46,247 nucleotides of DNA, taken from the NCBI GenBank assembly GCA_964388035.1, contig CAYLZE010000032.1:1-46247 (forward strand), written 5' to 3'. A program made the translations under genes and the position numbers. Below, piece after piece: positions 8,813-18,345 of the stretch; position 1 is the stretch's first letter; every line of letters begins with the position of its first letter. Under the pieces are notes generated by a model that worked only from the letters and a program-made list of their open reading frames with translations, searched no databases and was not told the DNA's origin. The stretch is from an uncultured archaeon. GTDB taxonomy: Archaea; Asgardarchaeota; Lokiarchaeia; Sigyniarchaeales; SOKP01.

Positions 8813-10381
8813 TTAGATTCTCTCAATCATCATACCACCTAAAATGATTGGTCCTCCCGTCGAGTTATAAATCTTTTCTGCCCGTTTCATCCCTACTTGA
8901 CTATCAGAATATATCCTAAAAATTAACTCTCCTTCACTAATTTTAGCTCCTTGTTTTTTGAAAAGTTCGATTCCGGACTTTTTAGAATTGGGGCATCCTG
9001 CTGCTTTTGCAATTTGATTTATTATTGCATTGTTAACTTCAGTTATATGTCCTGACTTTTTGCTAAAAAACTCTTTAACATGTGTTCCTAATTCAATATC
9101 GGAGGGTTTTATGTCGGGATCTCCTCCTTGTGCCTCTATTATCCTCTGCATTTTTTCATAGGCTTTGCCTGAACATAAGATATCTTTCGCAAGGATTTGC
9201 CCTTTTCCTCTCTCTGCCTTTCCCCCTAACTCCAAGAGGATTCCTGCCAAAGAAGTAGATTTTTCAATCAATGAATTAGGACCAGCAGAATAATCCATCA
9301 ACAACGTTAACGCTTCTTTAGCCTCGATTGCAGGACCAACTGTGTGCCCTATGGGTTGATGAGCCAATGTAAGCGCACATTCTGCTTGGATTCCTACATT
9401 TTTGGCTATTTCTTTGAATCTCAGTGCAAAATGTCGTCCATCATCTGGTAGTGGAAATTTCGTCCCGGGACCGACGGGAATATCTAAAACCAGCTTTTTT
9501 ACTCCCATGCTTAATTTTTTAGCAATTATTGAAGGAATCATTAACCCTATTGGATCCATTTGGAGAGGTCGTTCGATTTCAATCAATGCATCATCCGCCG
9601 GTGCTATATCGAGGGCTCCACCCCAGACAATGCAAGCATTCTCTTTAGATATAATTTTTTTTAATTCTTCCGAATCAAATGTCACGCAAGCCAACACTTC
9701 CATGGAATCTGCAGTTCCTGAAGGAGATGTTATGGCACGAGTTGATGATTTTGGAATTAATAGACCTGCTGCTGCTATAATGGGTACAATTATCAATGAA
9801 ACTTTATTGCCCGGAACACCACCTTTTAGCTAAATTTACTATATGTAAATTCATGTGCTATGTTTATCAAACACTTCCGGGCCAAAATCAAAGATTTCAC
9901 CACTCCGTGCTTCAGCTAAAGTAAGAGACGTAATCTCCTCGTGGTCCATTCCATTTATCGATGTTGCCGTGATAAAAGCGGCTAAGTCAATTTTAGATAA
10001 AGATCCTGACACTGCATCCGTGATAATTCTATTGATTTCATCACCAAGTAATTTTTCTCCCTTGATTTTTTTCCTTATAAAACTGAAAGAATCTGGTGGC
10101 TCTGCAGGTTTTACTGAAACTAGAGAACCATGAACAAGGTCTTTCTGTCTTTTTATCAAATCAAGAAAAATGCCAATCTCTCCAGGATGAACTATAGAAT
10201 TGGAATAATCTATTTGTAAAATAGCGTACCAATATCTATTTTCTATTGACTTAGATTCTCTGTTTTTAATAATAACACGTTCTCCCGCTTTTTTACCTAT
10301 TTTGAGCGCATCACTAACACTTAAAATAACATCTTTCTTATTGCTTGTTTCAAAACTAATTTCTTTAACTGTTAACTTCAT
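8813..10381 (-). CDS. AMP phosphorylase (thymidine phosphorylase family), two exons 10381-9855 and 9824-8813, 512 aa after splicing
   Basis: Track ORFs 9851..10381 and 8813..9796 are in the same frame, ending ...VFDKHST and resuming GGVPGNKVSLIIVP.... Other motifs are PKSSTRAITSPSGTAD, WGGALDIAPADD and DIPVGPGTK. Removing 30 nt gives the intact DKHSTGGVPGNK motif. Confidence 0.9.
9825..9854 (-). other. 30-nt bulge-helix-bulge-type mRNA intron
   Basis: Minus-strand RNA reads UAGC-AC^A-UGAAUUUAC-AUAUA-GUAAAUUUA-GCUA-AA^A-GGU. It has a 4-bp central helix UAGC/GCUA, two 3-nt bulges and a 9-bp intron stem. Cutting after the 2nd nt of each bulge yields AGC ACA GGU (Ser-Thr-Gly). Confidence 0.85.
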
Positions 10382-10615
10382 GTTCTTTACTTATGACAAT
10401 AATAGTGTATAAATAATAAGAATGGATTACATAAAACAATAAGCAATTAATCAATTCATCCTAAGATACTTAGCTCAATGGGGTTTTTTTATATGACCTT
10501 TCTATAAATTAAAAATCTTTAAGACTTGAATTCGTGGAAAAATTTTATGTGAGTGTGAAATTATTATAAAATAAAATCATAAATTTCAAAACCCTAAACG
10601 CTTATTTAAGAAATA

Positions 10616-12118
10616 ATGGAAACCTCTCCTCAAAAGATTCTTGAAAATTTCTACGATAAACTCGTAAATCGGGAGATTACGCTAGAGAAGATTCTCCATA
10701 TTATCGAAAACTCTGAAAACATTGAATATAGAATTCTTAGTATAGAAATTTTAAAACAGCTGGCTTCTAATGATGAGATGGTTTTTAACGTGCTTGAAAA
10801 TTTAATTATATCTGATTCTGAAGAATCAATCAGAAATCACGCAATTGAAGCCATTGGAGAATTATATCTTGAAAAATCCTTTCCTTTATTGAAATGGGCT
10901 TTTGAGCATGAAAAATCTTTAATTTGTTTGATAAATATTATTAAGACCATAGGAGAGATGAACAATTCCTCCTCAAAATTGTTCTTATTTAAAATTATCC
11001 AAGATATAGATAATCCCCGCTTTAAAAAAGATATAAATCAAATTCAAAATCAACAAAGAGAACTCAAAAATAAAAGTCTCGCATCAATCATTATAAATTA
11101 TCTTATTGTCGACTTTTTAGAAAAAAAATATGATAGAATCGACTATGAAACCAGAGATGGGTTAATTACAGAATTAGAACTTTCAAATATAGGCTCGACA
11201 GTATTCAATTTTAACGTCCTACGTAAAATACCTAAATGTATCTCTTACTTATATCATCTTGATAAATTAGATTTAAAAATCAATAGAATTGCCAAAATTC
11301 CCTCTTCGATGGCTTCTTTGACTTCTTTAAAGTATTTTGATATGAGTTATAATAGATTAAAAATATTACCTTCTTCAATCGGCGCTTTTTCTTCCTTGAA
11401 AACCTTATATTTAAGATATAATCATTTAATAGAACTACCCGTTTCGATTGGAAATTTATCTTCCTTAAAAATTCTCGATCTTAGCTCAAATAACATTAAA
11501 ATTCTTCCCGATTCAATTACTTGTTTAAAAAATTTAGAAATTCTTGATTTACATGGAAATGGGTTGCAAGAATTGCCCGATAATCTCGGGATGTTAAGGT
11601 CTCTTGTTTCTTTGGAATTGGGTTTGAATGACTTGACAAATCTCCCGGACAACATGAAAAAGTTATCCAAGTTAAATAAATTAGTTTTGGGAGGCAATAA
11701 ACGCTTGAATTTGGATCATATGGATTGGATTTCTAAACTTCCCCACCTTAAAGAATTATTTCTATACGAAAATAACATAAAAAGCTTGGAAAAAATAATT
11801 AACACCCCTTCTCCTATTGAGTTTCTTAATTTGGATAATAATTCATTAGATTCTCTACCAATGGAACTACTTTATCTAAAAAATCTTAAATCTCTCAATT
11901 TGAAATGGAATAACCTTACTGAAATTCCAGAATGGGTGATTGAATTACAATCCTTAGAAGAATTAAAATTATGGGGTAATAAATTAAAAACATTTCCAAA
12001 AATAATATTACAACTCCCCGCACTTAAGTTAATTGATTTAAACTATAATAAGATTAGTTCAATTGATTTGAGTATCATTACCTCTTTAAATAATAAAGGA
12101 GTTAAATTATTAAGGTAA
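10616..12118 (+). CDS. HEAT-like + leucine-rich repeat protein
   Basis: N-terminal LENLIISDSEESIRNHAIEAIG HEAT-like motif, then about 12 LRRs. Confidence 0.9.
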   Translation: METSPQKILENFYDKLVNREITLEKILHIIENSENIEYRILSIEILKQLASNDEMVFNVLENLIISDSEESIRNHAIEAIGELYLEKSFPLLKWAFEHEKSLICLINIIKTIGEMNNSSSKLFLFKIIQDIDNPRFKKDINQIQNQQRELKNKSLASIIINYLIVDFLEKKYDRIDYETRDGLITELELSNIGSTVFNFNVLRKIPKCISYLYHLDKLDLKINRIAKIPSSMASLTSLKYFDMSYNRLKILPSSIGAFSSLKTLYLRYNHLIELPVSIGNLSSLKILDLSSNNIKILPDSITCLKNLEILDLHGNGLQELPDNLGMLRSLVSLELGLNDLTNLPDNMKKLSKLNKLVLGGNKRLNLDHMDWISKLPHLKELFLYENNIKSLEKIINTPSPIEFLNLDNNSLDSLPMELLYLKNLKSLNLKWNNLTEIPEWVIELQSLEELKLWGNKLKTFPKIILQLPALKLIDLNYNKISSIDLSIITSLNNKGVKLLR

Positions 12119-12125
12119 TTTTAAA

Positions 12126-13487
12126 GTGGAACAGAATTCTCCCAAAGTGCTTTTGGAAAAATATCATTCAAAAAAGTTGAACAAGGATTCGCTTATCCAG
12201 CAACTAATTGAATTAATAGAAATTAGCAATATTGCTGACCTTCGATTGGAAAGTATTACGATATTGGATCTTTTACAAGTACAAAATCACTCGTTCTTCA
12301 AAACTTTAGAACATTTATTGATTTCCGACTCAAATTGGAAGATTAGAGAAGCAGCAGCGAATTACTTGAAAGGAAATTATTTTACAGCTTGCTATGAGCC
12401 CATAAAATGGGCATTTTTTCACGATGATTCTCCCCAAATTCAAACAACCCTTTTTATTACTCTAAAAGAGATTATTCAAGACAAAGTAAAAATTCATTCA
12501 CCAGCCGCGCGTAATTTTTTGGTGAATGAAATCACTCTAATCGAAAGTAAAGAATTCAAAATTGGATTTGAGGATTTATGCGAAAAGCATTCCTTACCCG
12601 AAGTTAGCATTGAAGAATTAGGCGAGATTCTGATAAATTATTTCATTTATGTTTATTTGCAGAAAATATATTGGCGATTGAAAATCAAGATTAACAAATG
12701 TAAAATTACGGAACTCGATTTCATTTTTAAGGGTTTAATGAAATTACCTGAAATTTTAAAACATTTAACTCATCTAGAAAAACTAGTATTACGTTATAAC
12801 CAGTTAGTAGAATTGCCTGAATGGTTAGGATCTTTACAAACTTTAACGGAACTGAATTTAAATGTCAATAGTCTTATTAGTTTGCCAAAATCGATTGGAT
12901 CATTACATGATCTTGAACTCCTTTCATTGTGGAAGAATGAATTAGAAATGCTTCCCAATTCTATAGGAAAGCTCAAATCGTTAAAATATTTGAATCTGAG
13001 GTTAAATCATATAAAGGAATTACCTTATACAATTAGTCAATTATCTCTTCTTGTTGAATTAAATCTTCATGATAATAGGTTAAAAAGATTGCCTGAATCA
13101 ATAGGAAAATTAGGTGCGTTGAAAAAGTTAAATTTAAGTTGGAATGAAATTAATGAACTTCCCGATTCTATAGGAAATATGAAATTTCTTGAAGTTTTAG
13201 ATTTGGAAAGGAATGAGCTATCTGTTATTCCAGATTCTATTAGTTCTCTGAGATCATTAGAATTTTTAAATTTAAGGGATAATAAAATAGAACAACTTCC
13301 GGAAAATCTTAAAAATATACGCTCTCTTAAAATTTTAAATTTGACCCGAAATAGATTACACGTTGTTCCTGAAATTTTGAGTGAATTATCCAATTTAGAA
13401 GAACTATATTTAGGAGAGAATTTTATTAATGAATTGCCCAAATCGTTAAAAAATGAAGAAAAACGAGGATTAAAAATTTATTGGTGA
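12126..13487 (+). CDS. HEAT-like + leucine-rich repeat protein
   Basis: LEHLLISDSNWKIREAAANYL, then regular 23-aa LRRs (LPxSIGxLxxLxxLxLxxN). GTG start 7 nt after the previous stop. Confidence 0.9.
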   Translation: MEQNSPKVLLEKYHSKKLNKDSLIQQLIELIEISNIADLRLESITILDLLQVQNHSFFKTLEHLLISDSNWKIREAAANYLKGNYFTACYEPIKWAFFHDDSPQIQTTLFITLKEIIQDKVKIHSPAARNFLVNEITLIESKEFKIGFEDLCEKHSLPEVSIEELGEILINYFIYVYLQKIYWRLKIKINKCKITELDFIFKGLMKLPEILKHLTHLEKLVLRYNQLVELPEWLGSLQTLTELNLNVNSLISLPKSIGSLHDLELLSLWKNELEMLPNSIGKLKSLKYLNLRLNHIKELPYTISQLSLLVELNLHDNRLKRLPESIGKLGALKKLNLSWNEINELPDSIGNMKFLEVLDLERNELSVIPDSISSLRSLEFLNLRDNKIEQLPENLKNIRSLKILNLTRNRLHVVPEILSELSNLEELYLGENFINELPKSLKNEEKRGLKIYW

Positions 13488-13490
13488 ATT

Positions 13491-15236
13491 TTATTGAAGT
13501 TCATATAATTCTTCTATCTCTTTTAGTGTGGTCACATCTTTTGGCTCCTTATCTGGGCGAAATTGCTTAAATACGGGAAATCTGAGACTATAAACGTTAT
13601 CGCGGACGGTAATTTCATCCCCCATTATTTCTATCACAATTTTTGGTTCCAACCAGGTATTCGGATTTTCTGTGGAAGATACAAGTTTCGATTTTGTCTT
13701 GCGTTCTAAAGGTTTAACTTGTTTCATTAATTCATCCATGATTTCATCTGTCCATCCGGAAGCAATCTTAGTAAATGCGACAAATTTATCCTCTGAAGGG
13801 TCGTACACGGCACCAATGTATGTCCCATACCATCCAACTCTCCTCCCTCTGCCATAATTTGCTCCCACTAATACCACATCAATTGTATCTTTTAATTTAC
13901 TCCCCTCTAACCCTTTCATTTTAATCCACTGAAAACCCCTATTCCCAGCTTGGTAAATTGAATCCTCTTTAATTGACTTTGCCATGATACCTTCAGCTTT
14001 AGCTTTTCTTGCCTCATGAAAGAATTTTAACAATTCATCTGCAGATTCAATTTTTATCGATTCCACCAACCGAATCTCATCTCTTTCTTGAATAATTTCT
14101 TCTAATTTTTTGCGCCTTTTAGGGAGAGGGTAATCAATATAAGACTCATCACCTAATTGAAGTAGATCAAATACAAATAGACATACGGGGACCTCTTTTG
14201 TCAAATCTTCCACACCATGCTTTCTCCTTCGCTTGCTTAGAGTTTGAAAGGGCTCCATTTTCTCATAAAAAGCATCCATTGCAACAACTTCCCCTTCAAT
14301 AATGCAATTTTTAGCTTTTACATTTTCTTTTATCACTTGACAGACATCTGGATACTGATTTGAAACATCATTTAAGATTCGTGAAAACAAATAAATTTGA
14401 TCTGCTTGTTTATGAACTTGTAGTCTTTCTCCATCAAGTTTATATTCTGCAACAAAAGGAGTATCTAATTTTGAAGGAATTTCAATATATGGAATCCGCG
14501 AAGCTAACATCATTCTAATGGGAGTTCCATAAGATATTTTTACCCGCTTTACCGCTTCAATTCCTTTTTCCGCCAACAACTTTGTAATGTCACCTAGATC
14601 TGGATGCAAATTATATGCTTTTTCTAGATAATCTCGATTTTCTTTATCTCCGGTAAACCCCAAAGCGATGCCGTCTATAATTGTTTGAGTAGAAACACCA
14701 ACTCTTAAAGTTGATGTAATTATTCTCAAAAGATATTTGATTTCTAATGGAGAGCATTTTCTCATGAGTCCTCTTAAAATTCCAAGTTTAATATCTTGAG
14801 AACCGGTGCCTTCTGTTGTGGCAATTTTTTCTAATTCTGAGTATAGCTCTTGAATTTCTAAGGATGATTGTTCATTCTCTTTATCTTTATTAAATTCTAT
14901 CAAAGATTTCTGGGTCTTTTTATTTTTTAAAATTTCTTCTGCTGCTGCACCGATATCACCTTTTTCAATAACCTTTTGTTTAATTCTTTCTGTCGAAATT
15001 CCCGAGGGAATTTTTAAAGCTTGAATTAGCATTTTCTCCGCAATTCCCAGTTTAGGAAACTTTTTAATATTAGAAACTAATTGTCCTTCTAATAAATAAA
15101 TGATTTTGTCCAAATCATTAAAATCTCCAGAAGATTTTATCTCTGAGAAGAAAGAAGCAAGAAGACCCGTCATTTCAAGTCTTTTAGAGGTTGATTCTAA
15201 TGCATCAAATAATTTTGCTAAGGTTTGGAACTTCAT
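13491..15236 (-). CDS. lig: ATP-dependent DNA ligase
   Basis: Motif I EYKLDGER, plus IIEGEVV, FVFDLL, EGIMAK, WIKMK and SLRFP. SD GGTGA lies 4 nt before the ATG. Confidence 0.97.
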   Translation of the reverse strand: MKFQTLAKLFDALESTSKRLEMTGLLASFFSEIKSSGDFNDLDKIIYLLEGQLVSNIKKFPKLGIAEKMLIQALKIPSGISTERIKQKVIEKGDIGAAAEEILKNKKTQKSLIEFNKDKENEQSSLEIQELYSELEKIATTEGTGSQDIKLGILRGLMRKCSPLEIKYLLRIITSTLRVGVSTQTIIDGIALGFTGDKENRDYLEKAYNLHPDLGDITKLLAEKGIEAVKRVKISYGTPIRMMLASRIPYIEIPSKLDTPFVAEYKLDGERLQVHKQADQIYLFSRILNDVSNQYPDVCQVIKENVKAKNCIIEGEVVAMDAFYEKMEPFQTLSKRRRKHGVEDLTKEVPVCLFVFDLLQLGDESYIDYPLPKRRKKLEEIIQERDEIRLVESIKIESADELLKFFHEARKAKAEGIMAKSIKEDSIYQAGNRGFQWIKMKGLEGSKLKDTIDVVLVGANYGRGRRVGWYGTYIGAVYDPSEDKFVAFTKIASGWTDEIMDELMKQVKPLERKTKSKLVSSTENPNTWLEPKIVIEIMGDEITVRDNVYSLRFPVFKQFRPDKEPKDVTTLKEIEELYELQ

Positions 15237-15354
15237 TACTTCACCACTTTTTATCCTAACTATATAAAAGATAGTTGTTATTTATATTTTGAAGTAGATC
15301 ACTATTTCTAATGGTTTCTTTTGAAAAATGAAAAAAGTAAAAAAAACTTGTAAT

Positions 15355-16194
15355 TTATTTAAGAAGTTTATTTAGCTCTACATATTTCTTTTTTATAGCA
15401 TCAGAGATTGCCGTTGAAATCCCATTAAAACTTTCTTTCGTAAAACTCAATTTAGCCCCTTCTTTCACCGTAAATTGACAAATGGGGCCATCAATCATTT
15501 CTAAGGCAATACTGCCATCGCTTTTTTTACTTACCCATAAATCCTCATAATGCTCTAATACGCTTATTATGACAAAGGCAATTCTAGATTCAGTCAATAA
15601 ATCAGTATCTCCTGCCTTAACTTCTTGTGTTTTTGCATCCTTGACTGCTGGGGCTGGTATGGACTTAGGAACTGTTTTGATTTCCCTTGTAGGTTTTGGC
15701 TGAGTTTTTGATATTGGTTCTGCTTGAACTTTAGGTTTTTCTTCAGGTTTTGGAACAACTTTAGGCATTTCTTTTGGTTCTGGCTTTACTGATGGTTTTA
15801 CAGCTTGCTTATCAATTTGTCCAACTTGAAAAGTTATTAGTTTATCTTCTACCACTTCAAATTTTCTATCTAGTATTTCTTGAAGCTCCTCCCATATCTG
15901 CGTTTCTTCGGGGACTCTTTCTACCTTCCTACTATCTATCTCTTTAATGGTTCTAATATCTCTTCCGATAATGCTTTTACCCATTGAATACCCATGGCCT
16001 TTTAATGACTCCGCTTGTCGTAAAGCCGTCCTTCGAGCAACAAGCCCTTGTTTTGCCCCATGCCAGAGATATAAAGTCAAACTTCCCTCATCCAAAACGA
16101 TTATAGATTTATCGGGTTGCAAATTTTCTTTTTTCCAATCAATTGGAACGATAACGCCACCTTCTTCGGCGTTGAACATGATAGCAAAATTCAA
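15355..16194 (-). CDS. Gelsolin-domain protein with Pro/Lys/Glu-rich linker and small C-terminal domain
   Basis: ENLQPDKSIIVLDEGSLTLYLWHGAKQGLVARRTALRQAESL fits the gelsolin repeat consensus (LxxxDxFILDxGxxIYxWxG..helix). Linker is KPSVKPEPKEMPKVVPKPEEKP. Confidence 0.75.
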   Translation of the reverse strand: MNFAIMFNAEEGGVIVPIDWKKENLQPDKSIIVLDEGSLTLYLWHGAKQGLVARRTALRQAESLKGHGYSMGKSIIGRDIRTIKEIDSRKVERVPEETQIWEELQEILDRKFEVVEDKLITFQVGQIDKQAVKPSVKPEPKEMPKVVPKPEEKPKVQAEPISKTQPKPTREIKTVPKSIPAPAVKDAKTQEVKAGDTDLLTESRIAFVIISVLEHYEDLWVSKKSDGSIALEMIDGPICQFTVKEGAKLSFTKESFNGISTAISDAIKKKYVELNKLLK

Positions 16195-16433
16195 ACCAAA
16201 CTCACTCTTTTCATTTTGTTTTAAAGGTATAATATAGTTTTTGTTACAAATTAAATAGTGTTAATAGTTTTTAAAAATAAGTCTTTAAAATTCATTGAAG
16301 ATTTCAAGCTAGAATAATCCTTGACCTAATTTAAATTGAATTACTTCCTCGAATTAAATTTCAGATCAGATAATAAAACGGTTAAAAAAAAGGAAGTCAT
16401 TCGGTTATTAAATGGGATGTTCGATTTTCCTTG

Positions 16434-17942
16434 TTAAATTCCTGGTAGATCTCCCGATATATCTGATGATTCCATGTCCTCCAGTTTTTGGTAATCCTCA
16501 AGTGTCCGTGAAGCGACCTTTTTAAGATACTCGTTTAAATTTGATTCCATGGTCAAATCGAGTTTAGAAGGATAATCTTCCTCTAGTATCATATTTACTT
16601 TCTCCCTTGCTCTGGTCAAGATATCTTTCCCACCTTCCTTTTTCCAAGCACCCCTACGTTTTCTATCAATTATATTAGGAATATAAATTTCTTTCCGTGT
16701 ATTTTTAACCGAATGTTTGGTCCCTAGAAAATTTTTTGATTGGCTAACAATATTTTTAATTTCCTCACTAGCTAAGCTCTCAGAATTTACCCTAATTCCT
16801 TCCATTTCACGCTTCATCATTCCGATAAGTTCATCATCAATGATAAGCAACTCATATGCTTCTGAAATTGAAGATTCATAGGTTCCCGCGCATGTAATAT
16901 AATTATGTCCTGCCTCTACCGCATGAGCAAGAGTTAAATATCGCTCAAATCCATTTTGAATATCAAAACATTTCGAATCAGTTAATGTGCCCGACCCTTT
17001 GGAGGGAATTTCATAAAAGTGTGCTAATTGAGCAAAAGCAGCAGTTATTAATCCGAATTCGATACTTCCATATGCCATGTTTCCCGTCACAGGGTCCATG
17101 ATAGTATTAGTAGAGCCATATAAAACGGGGGCACCCGGATTTATTAACTGCGTTAAAACTATTGAAGCTAAAATCTCCATGTTTGTTTGAACCAACAGTC
17201 CTGCTAAAGTAACAGGGGCAGTTGACCCGGCTCCCGCTGCTGAAGTGATGTTTATTGGTTGATTATTTTTTGCAAAAATAAATAAACCATTAAGTAAGAT
17301 TTGGGGTAAAATAAGAGGGGATGTGGGATTAAACACCCCTAATAATTTAGGTTTTTTAATTAATTCTTTATTTCCTCCAGAGACAATGGAAGCCATATTT
17401 ATCATGTCTTGGGAAGCGGTTCTTCCAAAACATGCCATTCCAAAAGGTTTATGGCTATATTTTGCCCATTCTAATATGGAATGGCAGTGTAGTTGCGTAA
17501 ATGGAACGTCATTAGCCCAAACATCCAAGTGGGACACATCAATATTGCTTAGCTTATTTACAACCTTAATTTGGTTGGCTAAGTCCTGAAGAGTCGACTT
17601 TCTAATGGTCTTTTTCCTGTCAGGATCATGCATTTTCGTTGCAGCTCCAAAAGTAGAAAAGATTTGAGATTTTAAATTAACTTTAACGGGATTTATTCCC
17701 TCTGGCCCCCATAAAGTGAATTCTTTTGGAACTTTTTTTAACTGTTCTTCAATCAATTCTGGCGGAAATAAAATGAAGTTATTCCTTGAATGGCTGCTTG
17801 AGAAAGCACCATTTTTTAATAACAATGCCCGAGCTTCTTCTGACTCTACTCTTATTCCAAGAGTTTGTAGTAAATTCAAGGAATTTTCATGAATGAGCTG
17901 AATTTCTTCATGAGAAAGAATTTCTAATTGATTTCTTTTCAA
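16434..17942 (-). CDS. MttB-superfamily (trimethylamine/quaternary amine:corrinoid) methyltransferase, non-pyrrolysine
   Basis: NPTSPL, AGSTAPVTLAG, QLINPGAPVLYGS and TDSKCFDIQNGFER motifs. TTG start with GGAGGG SD. No in-frame TAG. Confidence 0.9.
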   Translation of the reverse strand: MKRNQLEILSHEEIQLIHENSLNLLQTLGIRVESEEARALLLKNGAFSSSHSRNNFILFPPELIEEQLKKVPKEFTLWGPEGINPVKVNLKSQIFSTFGAATKMHDPDRKKTIRKSTLQDLANQIKVVNKLSNIDVSHLDVWANDVPFTQLHCHSILEWAKYSHKPFGMACFGRTASQDMINMASIVSGGNKELIKKPKLLGVFNPTSPLILPQILLNGLFIFAKNNQPINITSAAGAGSTAPVTLAGLLVQTNMEILASIVLTQLINPGAPVLYGSTNTIMDPVTGNMAYGSIEFGLITAAFAQLAHFYEIPSKGSGTLTDSKCFDIQNGFERYLTLAHAVEAGHNYITCAGTYESSISEAYELLIIDDELIGMMKREMEGIRVNSESLASEEIKNIVSQSKNFLGTKHSVKNTRKEIYIPNIIDRKRRGAWKKEGGKDILTRAREKVNMILEEDYPSKLDLTMESNLNEYLKKVASRTLEDYQKLEDMESSDISGDLPGI

Positions 17943-18314
17943 ATTGCTTAACCCTCCGAAATTTTTAAAAATGTTTATGGTTTGATATAGGGATCTCTCA
18001 AGTTTAAGATTTAAATTTTTAAATTGATAAAAGTTCCATGTATCAAAAATATAACTTCGTCATGTTTATCCATTTTGAAGATTTTCTATCAAATTGTAAG
18101 ATACATGAGAAAAATAATAAAAAAAAGCCTTTCAGAACTATTTTTAAGAAAAATAAATAAACTTTTAATTGCAAACCAAACAATTGATTCATGATTTAGA
18201 TTTGTTTTTTCCTGATACCAAACTTTTTACATACCAATTCAAAGACCCTATGTACTTCCATTAGATCTTAAAAAAATATGAGTTTCATTATTAAGTTAAC
18301 CGAATAAATGAGAG

Positions 18315-18330
18315 AAAAAAAAAAAAAAAA
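18315..18330 (-). terminator. Oligo-U terminator (A16 on + strand) after the SPFH gene
   Basis: Long T run on the minus strand about 15 nt downstream of the stop at 18346. Confidence 0.6.
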
Positions 18331-18345
18331 TTAATCACATTATAT

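Noticed and set aside
9851-9853. TGA after DKHST as selenocysteine or simple readthrough
   Set aside because: It is followed in frame by TAG, TAA and TAG, it is not at a Cys position, and ten extra residues would disrupt the motif.
9824-9856. Translational bypass (T4 gene 60-like hop) over the 30-nt insert
   Set aside because: A stop plus hairpin follows the take-off codon, but take-off ACA and landing AAA do not match. BHB geometry explains the boundaries exactly. Disfavoured rather than excluded.
8813-10381. AMP phosphorylase as a pseudogene, transposon footprint or two separate genes
   Set aside because: There are no other lesions and no target-site duplication. The downstream ORF's TTG start would omit the catalytic GGVPGNK.
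16434-17942. Pyrrolysine recoding in MttB
   Set aside because: The ORF is uninterrupted, with no in-frame TAG.
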